Of a DNA stretch of 64,000 bases, positions 11,925 through 22,091 are shown one piece after another. Both the position numbers and the translations under genes were made by a program. Position 1 is the first letter of the stretch; each line of letters begins with the position of its first letter. The stretch lies in the NCBI GenBank assembly GCA_964199315.1, contig OZ116707.1:17360001-17424000 (forward strand), read 5' to 3'. This DNA is from Orbicella franksi (Eukaryota). The notes under the pieces were generated by a model. That model searched no databases and was not told the origin of the DNA. It was given only the letters and a program-made list of their open reading frames with translations.

Positions 11925-14530
11925 GGGAGGTTCTACTTGAAATTGACTAGAAAAAGCGTTTTTTTGTTTTCTTCTTAAATCACAAGTTCAACTACTTGAC
12001 TTTACTTTGGCAATTGTTTTCATTCGAATATTTGTAAAAATAAAGGAGAAATAAGCGTTTGTAAACAAGAGGAATTTCGTTACCATGGCAACGGAAGCTG
12101 GAATTTTTTGTTATTTCCTCCTTTACGAGTGTGTTTGCCCCCCAAACCAGGTAGAAACTAACTTAGTCATATTTGTGACCCCATACATGAAGCCATATGC
12201 GAGAAAATGCAAGAGAGACACTGTGGACGAATTGGAAATTGCTTCGAGTGGACCTTGTTTATTTCGAAATACAGTGCTGGGAAAGTGTTACTTTGAAATG
12301 ACTGGAAAGAGAAAAAGAAGCATTTTTCGGAAAACGAGGAAAGGAAAAGGATTTGGTGGAGCTATTAAAAGTCCGCAATCACGCGAGGAAACTCCTTCGA
12401 AAGAGAGTGAAATCTCTGAATCGGGACCTGGTACTTCGCACGATCAATCTGGTTTATTAGATTCTGGTGAAGAGAGTGACCAGCCACTTAGTTCTTCAAG
12501 GAAGAAAATGAAACTCCAGAGCTCTGAGGATGAATCTTATATAAGTTCTGCCGAGGAAACAGAAGCAGTAGAGGAAGGAAATGGATACAGGCTTATTGAT
12601 TTGAAGAGTTTGTCGTCTGTGTTCTCGAATGTACACAAATGCAAAAAAGGTGAAACAAGCATGTACAACTCGTGTTTTATTTGTACATTATTTTCATTTT
12701 TGTGGTGTTAATGTATTGTTATGCAAGTACCTCCCAGCTTATCATGAAGGACTTTAATCAGCTGTAAATATAAAGTATTATTTTACTGTGCCAGAGTCTT
12801 GTTTAGACTCTCCATGTGTTGACACTGATATTGAATAAATTAATACTAATTCATGCATTCAGTATTGTTTATGTTATAAGCCTATGTGTGTGGTTCCGTA
12901 GCTGTAGTTGCTAGTATATTTTTCTTGTTATTTTATTAATTCAGGAAATCTTACTATGGAAGAAAATGCCTCCAGCCGTGCAGGATTAATGTCAGACTTA
13001 TCCATTCAATGCAGTTCTTGTGATGAAAGCACTCCTTGGCAGACATCACCCCAAATCACCAAAAAAGGAAAATCTTTTGATGTCAACAGGAGAGCTGTAT
13101 ATCATTCAATAGAATCGGGAACTGGATATGAAGGGCTTTCCTCCTTCTGTGCAATAATGAACATGCCTTGCCTTTCAAGAGCTGCGTACTACAAGCAAAT
13201 GGATGTAATTTTGGAGGCCTTGGAAGATGAGGCAAAAGAAGAACTTGTGAGAGCAGGCCAACGGCTTCGGCAGCAAGTGATGGAGGAAAACGGCGAGTCC
13301 GACAGCACTGCAATAATTGATGCTGCTGTTAGCTTTGATGGCACATGGGCCAAGAGAGGCTTCACTTCATTAACTGGTGTTGTTTTTGTTATATCAGTTG
13401 ACACTGGAGAGGTACTAGACTACCATGTGATGTCGAAGTCTTGCCATAAGTGCTCTGTGAAGAAGTCAAAATGTGAAGGGGATGATGAAAAATTTGAAGA
13501 CTGGAGAAGGGAGCATTTGGCAGCTGGTGAATGTGACATTAATTTTGATGGAAGTTCACCAGCTATGGAAGCTGAAGGAGCTTCTGTTCTTTGGAACAGA
13601 TCAATTGAGCTTCATAACATAAGATACAAATGGATGGTGTCAGATGGTGACAGCAAGGCTTTTAACACAGTAGAAAATGTGTATGATGGCTGCAAAGTTA
13701 TTAAGCTGGATTGTGTGGGCCATGTGCAGAAGAGGATGGGTAAACATTTGATGAATCTTAAGGCCCGCACAAAAGGTAAACTGGAGGATGGAAAGCCGGT
13801 AGGCGGGAGTGGTAGGCTTACGGAAGGAAAAATTAAGCAGCTCCAAAAGTATTATGGTCTGGCGATCCGGCAAAACACCTTGGCTAAAAGGAGGTCGATG
13901 TTGCAGTTTATCCAATGAAAAAGAATGTAATTGCCATTCTTGATCATTGCATAAAATCAGAGGATGCTGCTAAGCAACACCGCTTCTGCTCTCGTGGTGA
14001 AAGTTTGTGGTGTAAATGGCAGCAGGACTTACCAACCGGAACTAATACGTACAAAGGAGACGACTGTTTACCTGAAGTCTTCCTGGAGCTGCTGAAGCCA
14101 ACATTTGTGACTCTGAGTGACAGTAAACTTCTGGAAAGATGTGTACTTGGGACAACCCAGAACCCAAATGAAAGTATCAACGCTATGGTTTGGGTGCGGT
14201 GCTCAAAGCACAAACACCACGCAGTAAAAGTTGTCCGCTGTGCTGCAGCATCTGCAGTCTGTCATTTCCATGGAGGGGCTGAGAGCAGGAAAAGAGTGAT
14301 GGAGAGACTTTCCATTCCTGGTGGTGCATTTACTGACCACATATTAAGGCTCAGGGACAGGAAACGGCTCCGAAAAGCGGATAGCCAGGCAACAGCTAAG
14401 GAGAAAAAGCGTCGCCAAGGGTTACAGCTTGTCCGTATCCGTCGAGAAGAAGCCCTTCGTGAGAAAGAAGGTGTCACATATGAAGCTGGGGCTTTCTAAA
14501 TTTGCTCACAAGGCTTCTTTCACTTAAATG
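11925..14530 (+). mobile_element. Kolobok-like (Mutator-like domain) DNA transposon, right end missing
   Basis: Begins just after a TTAA inside the Polinton TIR (TTAAT-GGGAGGTTCTACTTG). No inverted copy of this end was found downstream of the ORF. Confidence 0.6.
12298..14499 (+). pseudogene. Kolobok/Mutator-like transposase; intron 12650-12944; frameshift near 13890
   Basis: SFDGTWAKRGFTSLTG, KSCHKC, GSSPAMEAEG, VSDGDSKAF, CVGHVQKRMG, GRLT, HRFC and TTQNPNESIN motifs. Phase-1 GT-AG intron. Confidence 0.8.
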
Positions 14531-14567
14531 TGGACGTTTAGCCTTGCAATAATTCAAAAAGGCTCAA

Positions 14568-14775
14568 ATGAGTCACCGACACGCCACCGACGCACCACCG
14601 ACGCAGCTTGTACGTTACAAGGTTAAAAAGTGGCCGACGCGTCGGCCGACTGTCGGTCGACTGTCGGCCGACTGTCGGTCGACTGTCGGCCAACTGTTGA
14701 CCGACAGTCGGCTGACAGTCGACCGACGCGTCGGCCAACACGTCGGTAGGATCGGATTCTTTACATTTACCCTTT
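14568..14775. repeat. Palindromic CCGAC(T/A)GTCGG micro-array ending GGATCGGATTCTTTTACATTTACC; probable partial MITE
   Basis: Repeated 10-11-bp self-complementary units. Lies at the junction between the Kolobok 3' end and the truncated pPolB. Confidence 0.55.
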
Positions 14776-14780
14776 CGATA

Positions 14781-16883
14781 GTAAAGATTACACGCCGAAG
14801 CGATGGTCAGACATATCTCAAGAGGGTTGAAACCACTGATTTCTTCGAATTCTTGACAAAAGACTTAACATCCACCCTTCAGTAGTATTACGTCAGATTG
14901 ACAATAGCTCAACAGTTCTTCTTGAAAGTTGAATCGGTAATTTGGATCCTTGGAGAGGTTTTCATACCATTGATTGAACTCTTTGGCTCTGTTTGGAGAC
15001 ATTCCTTTTGGATCGTAATACTTTTTGTCTGGCAATGGACCCACGTACTCTTGGTTTTCTGGGGTGTTGAAGAAGTGGGGGAAGAAACCTTTCTTCTTCT
15101 CTTTCAGTCCAACGGCTTTTGGAAAAGAGGCAAGAGGCATTTGAAAGAAACAGAGCGAGTCTTTTAATTTGATGTCACCACCGTTGAAACTCAAAGAAAT
15201 TATCTTGGCTCCATTGACTATTTGTTCTACTCCTACGTACTGTTTGAATAATTCGTCAAGTAGGAGGTAAGCATCGAAGCCTTGAGAATTGTGAGCAATG
15301 ACCGTTAGTCTACAGTCCAAGGACAGTTCTCTCAACCAATCGATGAAGTCGACAATACAGGTTTCCCCTTCGAAATTGAACAACTCTTCGGTGTTAGAAG
15401 TGGCAGCACACACTAAATTGGGAATGTGAACACCAGTGTCTTGCATGGTTTCACTGTCCCAGTAGACAAATATGTGAGGTCTTTCTTCAATCGATCTTGA
15501 ACCATCGCTTTTTCTCTTTAGACGAGTCTTCTTGAGTTTCTTCATTTTTTTCTTCTAGCTTGGTGGGATTTTGAATGAAGCATTGATGATGGTCCAGGTT
15601 CTTGTACTCTTTACAAGAGGGGCATTCATTGGTTCCACAGACATGGTTTGATGTGGTTTCAGGGGGACGAAGCATTCGCATGCACTTGTTGCATTTTCTT
15701 TTGCTGCTACAGACACTTTTGCGTGTTTCGTTTGCTTCTTTTCCGTTTTCTTCACTGAATTTGGTGTGGTTACTCAGGCAATGGGTTCCAAAGAATTTTC
15801 GTTGACATCTTCCACACTTGTAGGTGGCCTGCTCTCCCTTTTGAACTTTGTGATAGTCTTCACACTCGATTTGGAAACAGGATCCACATTTTCTTCCATT
15901 GCACCTGTGGGATTTCATGTCGTCGTGATCGTAGCCTTTCTCGCATATCAAACAGAAATGATTTCTTCCCATGAAAGCTTTCAGGGAGGTACAAGCGTGA
16001 TAATGTTCTCCTACTTTGATGAGAATGACATCTTTTCGATGGGGTTGGTAGACACCCTTGTAAATGATCCTGTAATTTTGATCGATAGAGAGTACGACCA
16101 ATCTGTAATTGGGTAAAACCTCTTGGAACTTCATGATTTCGGGTATGCCACAGCTCGCTATCGGGACTTTTGCAGCTTCGTGTAGGGCCCTGGCTTTTTT
16201 TTCTTGAATTGGGAGACCTTTTCTGAGATTGACGTAATCGGGATGCTTTGTTCCGAGGTCAGCGTGTGACATCATGGTGACTATGGCTCTGGCACAACAC
16301 AATTCGTCTTGGTTGTTAATCTTCACCACACTTCTCTTGAGATCTAACATCTTTTCGATAGCCAATTGTCCTTTTCGAATTCTTTTTCCTGTACCACCAT
16401 TTCCGGGACTGCGAATGTCAGAAATGTTGACAGAGAAACTATCGTCTAATTGAAAATTTTCATTTGAGTTTAGCATGGCCGAAATCTGTTGCATCATTTC
16501 TGCTGCTCTCAAACCGTTTCTGGTCCAGTCACTCACTCTCATGCGGGGAGAATGGTAGCCGTGATGTAGTCGATTAGAATTGAGGTTGACATACAAATAA
16601 TCATCGGCTTTAACTCCTGGATCGTTTAAGACTTGTTGTTCAATGCTACGTCTGACGGCTTCTTCTAATTGATTGGGTAGAATTCTCTGAATGGAGGCAT
16701 TGAAATCAAGTGCTCCTCCATGTTGAACCAACCTTCCAGTGTAATTTCAATGTCTCACTCCTAGATGTCTCACTTGTCTGTCTAAGTGAGGAGTCAAAAC
16801 AAAGTCAAATCCAATTCATCAGCGTGATTTGCAAGGAGGTTATCTTCCTCGTCGCTCCAATCAAAGTCCAATTCCTCATTCAT
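14781..16883 (-). pseudogene. Protein-primed family B DNA polymerase: N-terminal region and exonuclease only, polymerase domain deleted
   Basis: VYWDSET (ExoI), AHNSQGFD (ExoII), KDSLCFFQMPLASFPK, KGFFPHFFN, YCQSDVILL (ExoIII). Cys/His-rich N-terminal part in ORF 15487..16731. Frameshift near 15540 and a stop at 14865. Homology ends near 14780. Confidence 0.92.
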
Positions 16884-17011
16884 TGTAATCGAAACGAGAA
16901 CAAAATAAAAATGGAGTAGATACATACCAAGGAGGTGTGAAGAACAGTCACTTTTACGGTTGAATTTATAATGTATTTTTCCCGCCATTTTTTATTTTCA
17001 GAACGTGAAGA

Positions 17012-17031
17012 GGGGGATACCCCCATCCCCC
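17012..17031. promoter_or_regulatory. GGGGGAT-N6-ATCCCCC palindrome in a divergent intergenic region
   Basis: A near-identical copy lies at 39481-39499, also in a divergent intergenic gap. Confidence 0.5.
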
Positions 17032-17139
17032 AGTCTGCTTTTCCGTGACGTGGATAAGCACGTGATGACTCATATATTATTTCTTAGAACTTGATGCGTT
17101 GGTTGGTGTGCTGTAAACACTCGACTTGCGAGGTAAGTC

Positions 17140-17433
17140 ATGGCTTCGAATGATTGTTTGATATGTCTTGAACCGTGTACTCCTTCTCATTGGAAAGATC
17201 ATACACCATGCTGTCGAAAAGTGTTTCATCATCGATGTCTCAATTTATTTATCATGAAATGTAGCATTTGTCATGAGAGGGTTAATGCGAGTCTGGGATG
17301 TTTTTATAGGAGTAAGTGTTGCGAGAGCGTATTTCATTGGTCCTGTAAACTCGACGAACAGAGAAATTTACCTTTTAACAACAGGTGTCCAGTTTGTGAA
17401 TGCCTATGTTTTGGTGAAGAGAAACTGATTTGA
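17140..17433 (+). CDS. RING-like zinc finger protein with duplicated CC-x3-FH-x2-C motif
   Basis: CLIC...CCRKVFHHRC...CSIC...CCESVFHWSC...CPVC. Confidence 0.65.
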   Translation: MASNDCLICLEPCTPSHWKDHTPCCRKVFHHRCLNLFIMKCSICHERVNASLGCFYRSKCCESVFHWSCKLDEQRNLPFNNRCPVCECLCFGEEKLI

Positions 17434-17442
17434 AGGAGAGGT

Positions 17443-17706
17443 ATGTTACTCGACGAAAAATGGAATGAACTTAATAGACTGCGACAGATTGTCGATTTTT
17501 GGTTGGAGAGCGAGAAAGAGAACTGCTTGTCTGATTTTTATTTAACCCTATTGACATTTGTGGATAGTATTGCACTCGCCAGACAATTTTTTCTCGTTTG
17601 TTTTACAGCAAGACAGTTAAATATGTCCTGTGAAACTGAAATGAATAGAAGTTATGAAATGACTGATATCATTCGAAATCGACTATCATTGATTCTTCTT
17701 TTTTGA
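17443..17706 (+). CDS. Hypothetical helical protein (Polinton accessory)
   Basis: ATG-initiated 87-aa ORF tightly packed between neighbours. Confidence 0.45.
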   Translation: MLLDEKWNELNRLRQIVDFWLESEKENCLSDFYLTLLTFVDSIALARQFFLVCFTARQLNMSCETEMNRSYEMTDIIRNRLSLILLF

Positions 17707-17713
17707 TTTTTAG

Positions 17714-18304
17714 ATGGAACCTTGTATTGTTTGTAAAAAAAATTCTACAACTGAAGAGAATGAAGTGAAATGTACAGGATGTTGTTTTTCATATATTCAT
17801 GAAATGTGTACTGTCGAATGTACAATGTGTCCAGTTTGTAAAGACCGTCTTCAAGTTTTAGATAAAGTTAAAAGAACCGAAAAATTTACTCCTGAACAAG
17901 CAAAGTTAATTGAGGCAACGTTTTTGAGGCATTATGAATTGTATAAGAATCCAAGGCCACCTACTATAACAAGGTTGGAAAGAAAGTATGTAAAAAAAGC
18001 TTTGAAGAAGACTGACAATCCTCTTCTAGCCGTAAGTGAAACTAGTAATAGAATTTACAATGTGAGTATGTTTTTTCTGTTTGATTTACCTGAACAGGAG
18101 ACGAGTGATTGGGAAGATATTGCTTGTAGATTATCTTTGGGTTACATTTTACCTATGCTACGAGAGATGAAATCGAGATATCTATTAAGACAAAAAAATG
18201 GTGGAGTTCATCCGGTTTTTCACTTTTTAAGTGAACTCTTAGAAATGGATGTTAATGATTCTTGTAAAGATAGACCTGCTGTAGTGAGAACCTGTAATCA
18301 ATGA
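17714..18304 (+). CDS. Protein with N-terminal RING-like finger
   Basis: CIVC...CTGCCFSYIHEMC...CTMCPVC followed by a ~150-aa helical region. Confidence 0.65.
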   Translation: MEPCIVCKKNSTTEENEVKCTGCCFSYIHEMCTVECTMCPVCKDRLQVLDKVKRTEKFTPEQAKLIEATFLRHYELYKNPRPPTITRLERKYVKKALKKTDNPLLAVSETSNRIYNVSMFFLFDLPEQETSDWEDIACRLSLGYILPMLREMKSRYLLRQKNGGVHPVFHFLSELLEMDVNDSCKDRPAVVRTCNQ

Positions 18305-18539
18305 TGTGAAAAATGTAGAGAATTTGTAGCGGTCATAACTTCAGAAGATGAATATCTGAAAGGTTTTCCGAAAGGTGCAGCATTGGGTAATCCTAATTTT
18401 CTTTATGATAAGGTTGAAATGAAAAAAAATATCACAGTGAAACAGTTTTTTGAACAAGCAGGTTTTTTTAATGCAGTGTTGAACACATTTAATAACAACA
18501 ATGTATAACTTACATTATGGGATCAATAAACTTAGAGAT

Positions 18540-18902
18540 TTAACATTTTCTTGGTTTGCATGACTTTCTTGATGAATCTCTTTCTTGATGAATCTTCTTC
18601 TTAAACTTGTCGATGCTTCGTGTCATCTTTTCATCAGCCTTGTGCTTGTCATCTAAGCTTCTAGCTTTACTGTAGTCGATGTCATGCTGTTTGGATACTC
18701 TGTCTAATCTATTTATGCCAGGGTCCCCTCGCTTTAGTCTCTTCTCCAGATGTGTTCCAGGTCCCATGTACTGATAACCGGGCCAATGAAATTCCATTCC
18801 CGTCTTAGCTATCATTTTTTGAATGTCGAATCCTCGTCGTTTGGACCCTGTCTTCTTAGTTGTTTTGGTAACTCTCCCTTTGGATGATTTTCGAGTGACC
18901 AC
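18540..18902 (-). CDS. Parvovirus-type phospholipase A2 domain protein
   Basis: PGYQYMGPG (Ca-binding loop) and DRVSKQHDIDY (HDxxY catalytic motif). The C-terminus may be frameshifted. Confidence 0.85.
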   Translation of the reverse strand: MVTRKSSKGRVTKTTKKTGSKRRGFDIQKMIAKTGMEFHWPGYQYMGPGTHLEKRLKRGDPGINRLDRVSKQHDIDYSKARSLDDKHKADEKMTRSIDKFKKKIHQERDSSRKSCKPRKC

Positions 18903-19534
18903 TTGGGACTTTTTTTTTTTAAGTCGCTTTCATAGTCGCGCTGTAGACCTTTTCTCAGTTTATGTCCGGGAGGGTACCAATTTTCCCAACCAGGTAAAGG
19001 AGCTAGTTTTTCCAACTCTGTTTTACGTTTCTTCTTGGGTTGTTTTCCTTTCGAGGTTGTTCCACTTGTACTAGGTATACCAAGTGAATGCATCAAACTC
19101 TCACCCGCTGCTTTTAAGGCCTTCTTTTTGACTTCTTTACCAAGCAATGATTTTGGAGTCGATTTGGGTGAAGTCGGTTTGGGGTAAGGAGAAGATTTTA
19201 AGGTTCTCACAGGTATTTGTGAGGCTGGAGTGTGTGGAAGAAGTCTTCGCTTGGCTTTACTGTAGCTACCAGTAAAATGAGGAGTTTGTGGTTCTTTTTT
19301 AACTGCAGACCCTTTGATGATCTTACGCAACATGTTTTCCAAGGGTCCTTCCACCATACCTTCATCATTGTTATCTAAGTCGATGGGTTCATTTCCTCCA
19401 GTACTCTGACCGGGTCCTAAACGAATTCGTTTGGTCAAACGGCGTTGCTGTCTTGCTAATGGTTTGGCCATCTTAACAGCTGTAGCAGCGGGAATTTGCT
19501 TACTTGTTAGAATGAGATGTTTTTTTGCAGCCAC
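18812..19534 (-). CDS. Basic Lys/Pro-rich hypothetical protein
   Basis: 240-aa ORF within the minus-strand gene block; start uncertain. Confidence 0.5.
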   Translation of the reverse strand: MAAKKHLILTSKQIPAATAVKMAKPLARQQRRLTKRIRLGPGQSTGGNEPIDLDNNDEGMVEGPLENMLRKIIKGSAVKKEPQTPHFTGSYSKAKRRLLPHTPASQIPVRTLKSSPYPKPTSPKSTPKSLLGKEVKKKALKAAGESLMHSLGIPSTSGTTSKGKQPKKKRKTELEKLAPLPGWENWYPPGHKLRKGLQRDYESDLKKKSPKWSLENHPKGELPKQLRRQGPNDEDSTFKK

Positions 19535-19607
19535 TCTACCCGCTTTGTTTAAAAGAGTACTATCTGAAATTTGTCATTTGAAGTATTGAGTGAGATTGTC
19601 AAAGTCT

Positions 19608-20024
19608 TTAGTCGGTACCATGATCATTTTGTTCATGATGAGAAGCGGTGTGAAAGAGTTCTTCCCAATAAGCGGCTTTTTCCTCTGTTTCTTTTTGTTT
19701 AATCTTGAGAGATCCAATGGTCTCCTTTTCCACTGAACAGTTTTGACACAGCGTAATTGTATCACCAGGTTCTGTTTCCACTGATAGACGTTGACAGTCT
19801 GAACAAACCTTGTCAAACTCCTTAGCTAAATACAATTGAAGGAGTTTTTCGTATTTTTTTTGCCATTGACATGCTAACTGTTCTTTTTCTTTAGCTTTCT
19901 CTTGGAAGTGCTCGATGGTACGATTGGTCTCTTGTAATAAGTTGACCAGTTTAGCAAACATGTTTGAACTCATCTTCGTCTCCCACTGCAACAAACGTTG
20001 TAGCAATTGGTTAAACCTTTCCAC
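19608..20024 (-). CDS. Coiled-coil protein with CxxC...CxxC motif
   Basis: Heptad-like Q/E/K/L content; VCSDC and LCQNC. Confidence 0.5.
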   Translation of the reverse strand: MERFNQLLQRLLQWETKMSSNMFAKLVNLLQETNRTIEHFQEKAKEKEQLACQWQKKYEKLLQLYLAKEFDKVCSDCQRLSVETEPGDTITLCQNCSVEKETIGSLKIKQKETEEKAAYWEELFHTASHHEQNDHGTD

Positions 20025-20323
20025 AAGATACTTGCACCTTTCTGTTTTGACTTCAATTGATTCAATAGTATTGTCTTCCTCTTTTTTAAACTGGTTCGTC
20101 TACTACCCAGTTCTCTCAGCTTTGTTGTCTTCTTTTTAAGGGATTTATAGACAGGTCGACTGACAGGAATTTTTCCACCCAATAGGTTCAAAACCATTTC
20201 ACTGACTGCATTGATCTGTTCTTTGTTGGCATTTTCTAACATGACTTGCCGCTTGTATCGATTAGCTTGTTTCAAAATTCCGTGCAAAAATTTATGGTGA
20301 GCCACAAAATGACTACGACTCAT
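19970..20323 (-). CDS. Basic hypothetical protein
   Basis: 117-aa ORF that overlaps its neighbours at both ends, as in compact viral blocks. Confidence 0.55.
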   Translation of the reverse strand: MSRSHFVAHHKFLHGILKQANRYKRQVMLENANKEQINAVSEMVLNLLGGKIPVSRPVYKSLKKKTTKLRELGSRRTSLKKRKTILLNQLKSKQKGASILWKGLTNCYNVCCSGRRR

Positions 20324-20670
20324 GTTTCAAAGACGTTGTCTACCAACTTGCTTTCGTCTACAACCAAACCTCTTTTTAACATGTACCTCCACTCAGAGGG
20401 TGAAAACTCACTGGCAAAGTAGTTCTTCTCAAATGGTTCTTCACCACTCCAGTGCTTGTGAACAATCTCATCCAATCTATCTAACTCTATCTGTTTTATA
20501 GTCGAGTCGTGGAACTTCAGTACAATCATGTCCATTAGTTGTATACACCGCTGTTTAGGTTTTGGTTTTAATTCAAAATCCCTGACTGCTTCTGAAAATG
20601 AGATCAACCTCTTCGAAGACATCGTTGCACAGAATGAAAAATGTAAATGTTGAAAAATTCCTTTCATCAC
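20320..20670 (-). CDS. Hypothetical protein
   Basis: 116-aa ORF directly abutting 20671..21279. Confidence 0.5.
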   Translation of the reverse strand: MMKGIFQHLHFSFCATMSSKRLISFSEAVRDFELKPKPKQRCIQLMDMIVLKFHDSTIKQIELDRLDEIVHKHWSGEEPFEKNYFASEFSPSEWRYMLKRGLVVDESKLVDNVFET

Positions 20671-21279
20671 TTAGGGTTTGATCATATTGCACAGGTCTGT
20701 TTTTGACATCAGTCTCCTCAATTTCAACTTGGCTTGGGGTATTTTTTTCATTAGACTCAACAGGGTTCCTCTTCCGTCGATACTTTCCACTTTCAACAAA
20801 CGTACCAGAGGAACTGAAGCTGCTGGTATTTTACGAATCAGACTCAACAAAGTGGTTCGTTTGTCAAGGGGTTTAAATCCTTTGGTTCCTTTTTTGAATT
20901 TTCTTTTCTTTCGAGGTTTCTTAGGTTTCTTGACAAATTTCTTCACGTCTCCGAATTTGTCTTCGTACCAATGTCTCTTTTTCATTCGTTTCTTTTTGTC
21001 GTCTTTCTTTACGGGAGCTCTCTTGCCTTTCCTGCATGTTGTCACTGTAGGTGGTAACTCACCGGTGTTAAGGACACTGACTGGAGTTGGTTGAAGTGTT
21101 TGAAGAGCGATTCGTCTTTTTGGTGGTTGGTTATTCTCGACCTGAGTTGAACTCGGTGCGACAGTTTTTTTCTTTTTCCCCTTGCTTTTACCTTTAGGTT
21201 TACCGTATTTTTCGTAGATTTTTTCGTACTTGGATATCACATCGTCCAAGTGTCGATGCCCTTGAAACTGAAGATCCAT
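20671..21279 (-). CDS. Lys-rich protein with an internal repeat (D(K/G)R(T/G)TLLSL(I/M)(R/K)KIP x2)
   Basis: 202-aa ATG ORF with strongly basic composition. Confidence 0.55.
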   Translation of the reverse strand: MDLQFQGHRHLDDVISKYEKIYEKYGKPKGKSKGKKKKTVAPSSTQVENNQPPKRRIALQTLQPTPVSVLNTGELPPTVTTCRKGKRAPVKKDDKKKRMKKRHWYEDKFGDVKKFVKKPKKPRKKRKFKKGTKGFKPLDKRTTLLSLIRKIPAASVPLVRLLKVESIDGRGTLLSLMKKIPQAKLKLRRLMSKTDLCNMIKP

Positions 21280-21319
21280 GATGTGTCTTGTTTTGGTAGG
21301 AACTCATGAATGTGTTCCA

Positions 21320-21556
21320 TCAGGGCATGTACATGTATTTATCTCGCTTGCATTTCTTAGGTTTTGTGGCTCGTTCTAAACCCTTACGAACTCCAAATCC
21401 TACACCTGCAGATATTCCACTCAGGGCTGCTGCTTTTCCCGCCGCTACGAGTGCTGGTATGGCTGCTGCTAAAGGAATGATACCCCCTTTTTGTTTTCGT
21501 TTGGTTCTTTTTCTTTTCCTACTCCCTCTACTTTTTCTACGTCTTGTCTTCGCCAT
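21320..21556 (-). CDS. Small basic core-like protein with QKGG motif and hydrophobic helix
   Basis: An R/K-rich N-terminus, then QKGG|IIPLAAAIPALVAAG. Confidence 0.6.
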   Translation of the reverse strand: MAKTRRRKSRGSRKRKRTKRKQKGGIIPLAAAIPALVAAGKAAALSGISAGVGFGVRKGLERATKPKKCKRDKYMYMP

Positions 21557-21576
21557 CGTAACGTGTAATTGGTGTC

Positions 21577-22086
21577 CTAAACATTGGAACTATCACTTAT
21601 ATCGATACTTCCATTTTCACTTCTGTACAAACTCGTGAAAGTTTGCTTGTCGTACCTTTGACTACACTTTTGGGTGAAAGGTGGTGCCATGTCAATCACG
21701 ATATCCTCTATCGTTTGCATTTTAGTTAGAAACGCTTGCAGGTCATTCAGTTCCACACCATTGATGTAAGTGTCGATTTCGATCAAACATTTGGCATAGG
21801 TGGTGTAGGCAAATTTACTCATGTCCACTTTGTTGGGAAACTTTTTGAAATCAGCCCATCCTTTTACTAATGTTCCAGCTGTCGTCAAAGCAATCATGGC
21901 AAAACTTTTTTCCCACACGGAACCCACGAGCATGGCCAGAGCCATGACGAGAAGTGCTGTACCGTTGAGAATAGCATTCCATCCTTTAAAAAACTGAAAT
22001 CGTTGTGAATGACACCACCATTTTTTGTGGTACTGTCGACGAAGATCCTGAAGTTTTTTTTTGTTCACTCCGTCCGTTGAGTCCAT
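21577..22086 (-). CDS. Two-transmembrane-helix protein (SLATT-like architecture)
   Basis: Two adjacent hydrophobic segments (ILNGTALLVMALAMLVGSV and FAMIALTTAGTLV) followed by a helical tail. Confidence 0.55.
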   Translation of the reverse strand: MDSTDGVNKKKLQDLRRQYHKKWWCHSQRFQFFKGWNAILNGTALLVMALAMLVGSVWEKSFAMIALTTAGTLVKGWADFKKFPNKVDMSKFAYTTYAKCLIEIDTYINGVELNDLQAFLTKMQTIEDIVIDMAPPFTQKCSQRYDKQTFTSLYRSENGSIDISDSSNV

Positions 22087-22091
22087 TGTGT

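Noticed and set aside
13083-14885. Short ORFs overlapping the Kolobok gene and the palindromic repeat
   Set aside because: Shadow frames or translated low-complexity repeat.
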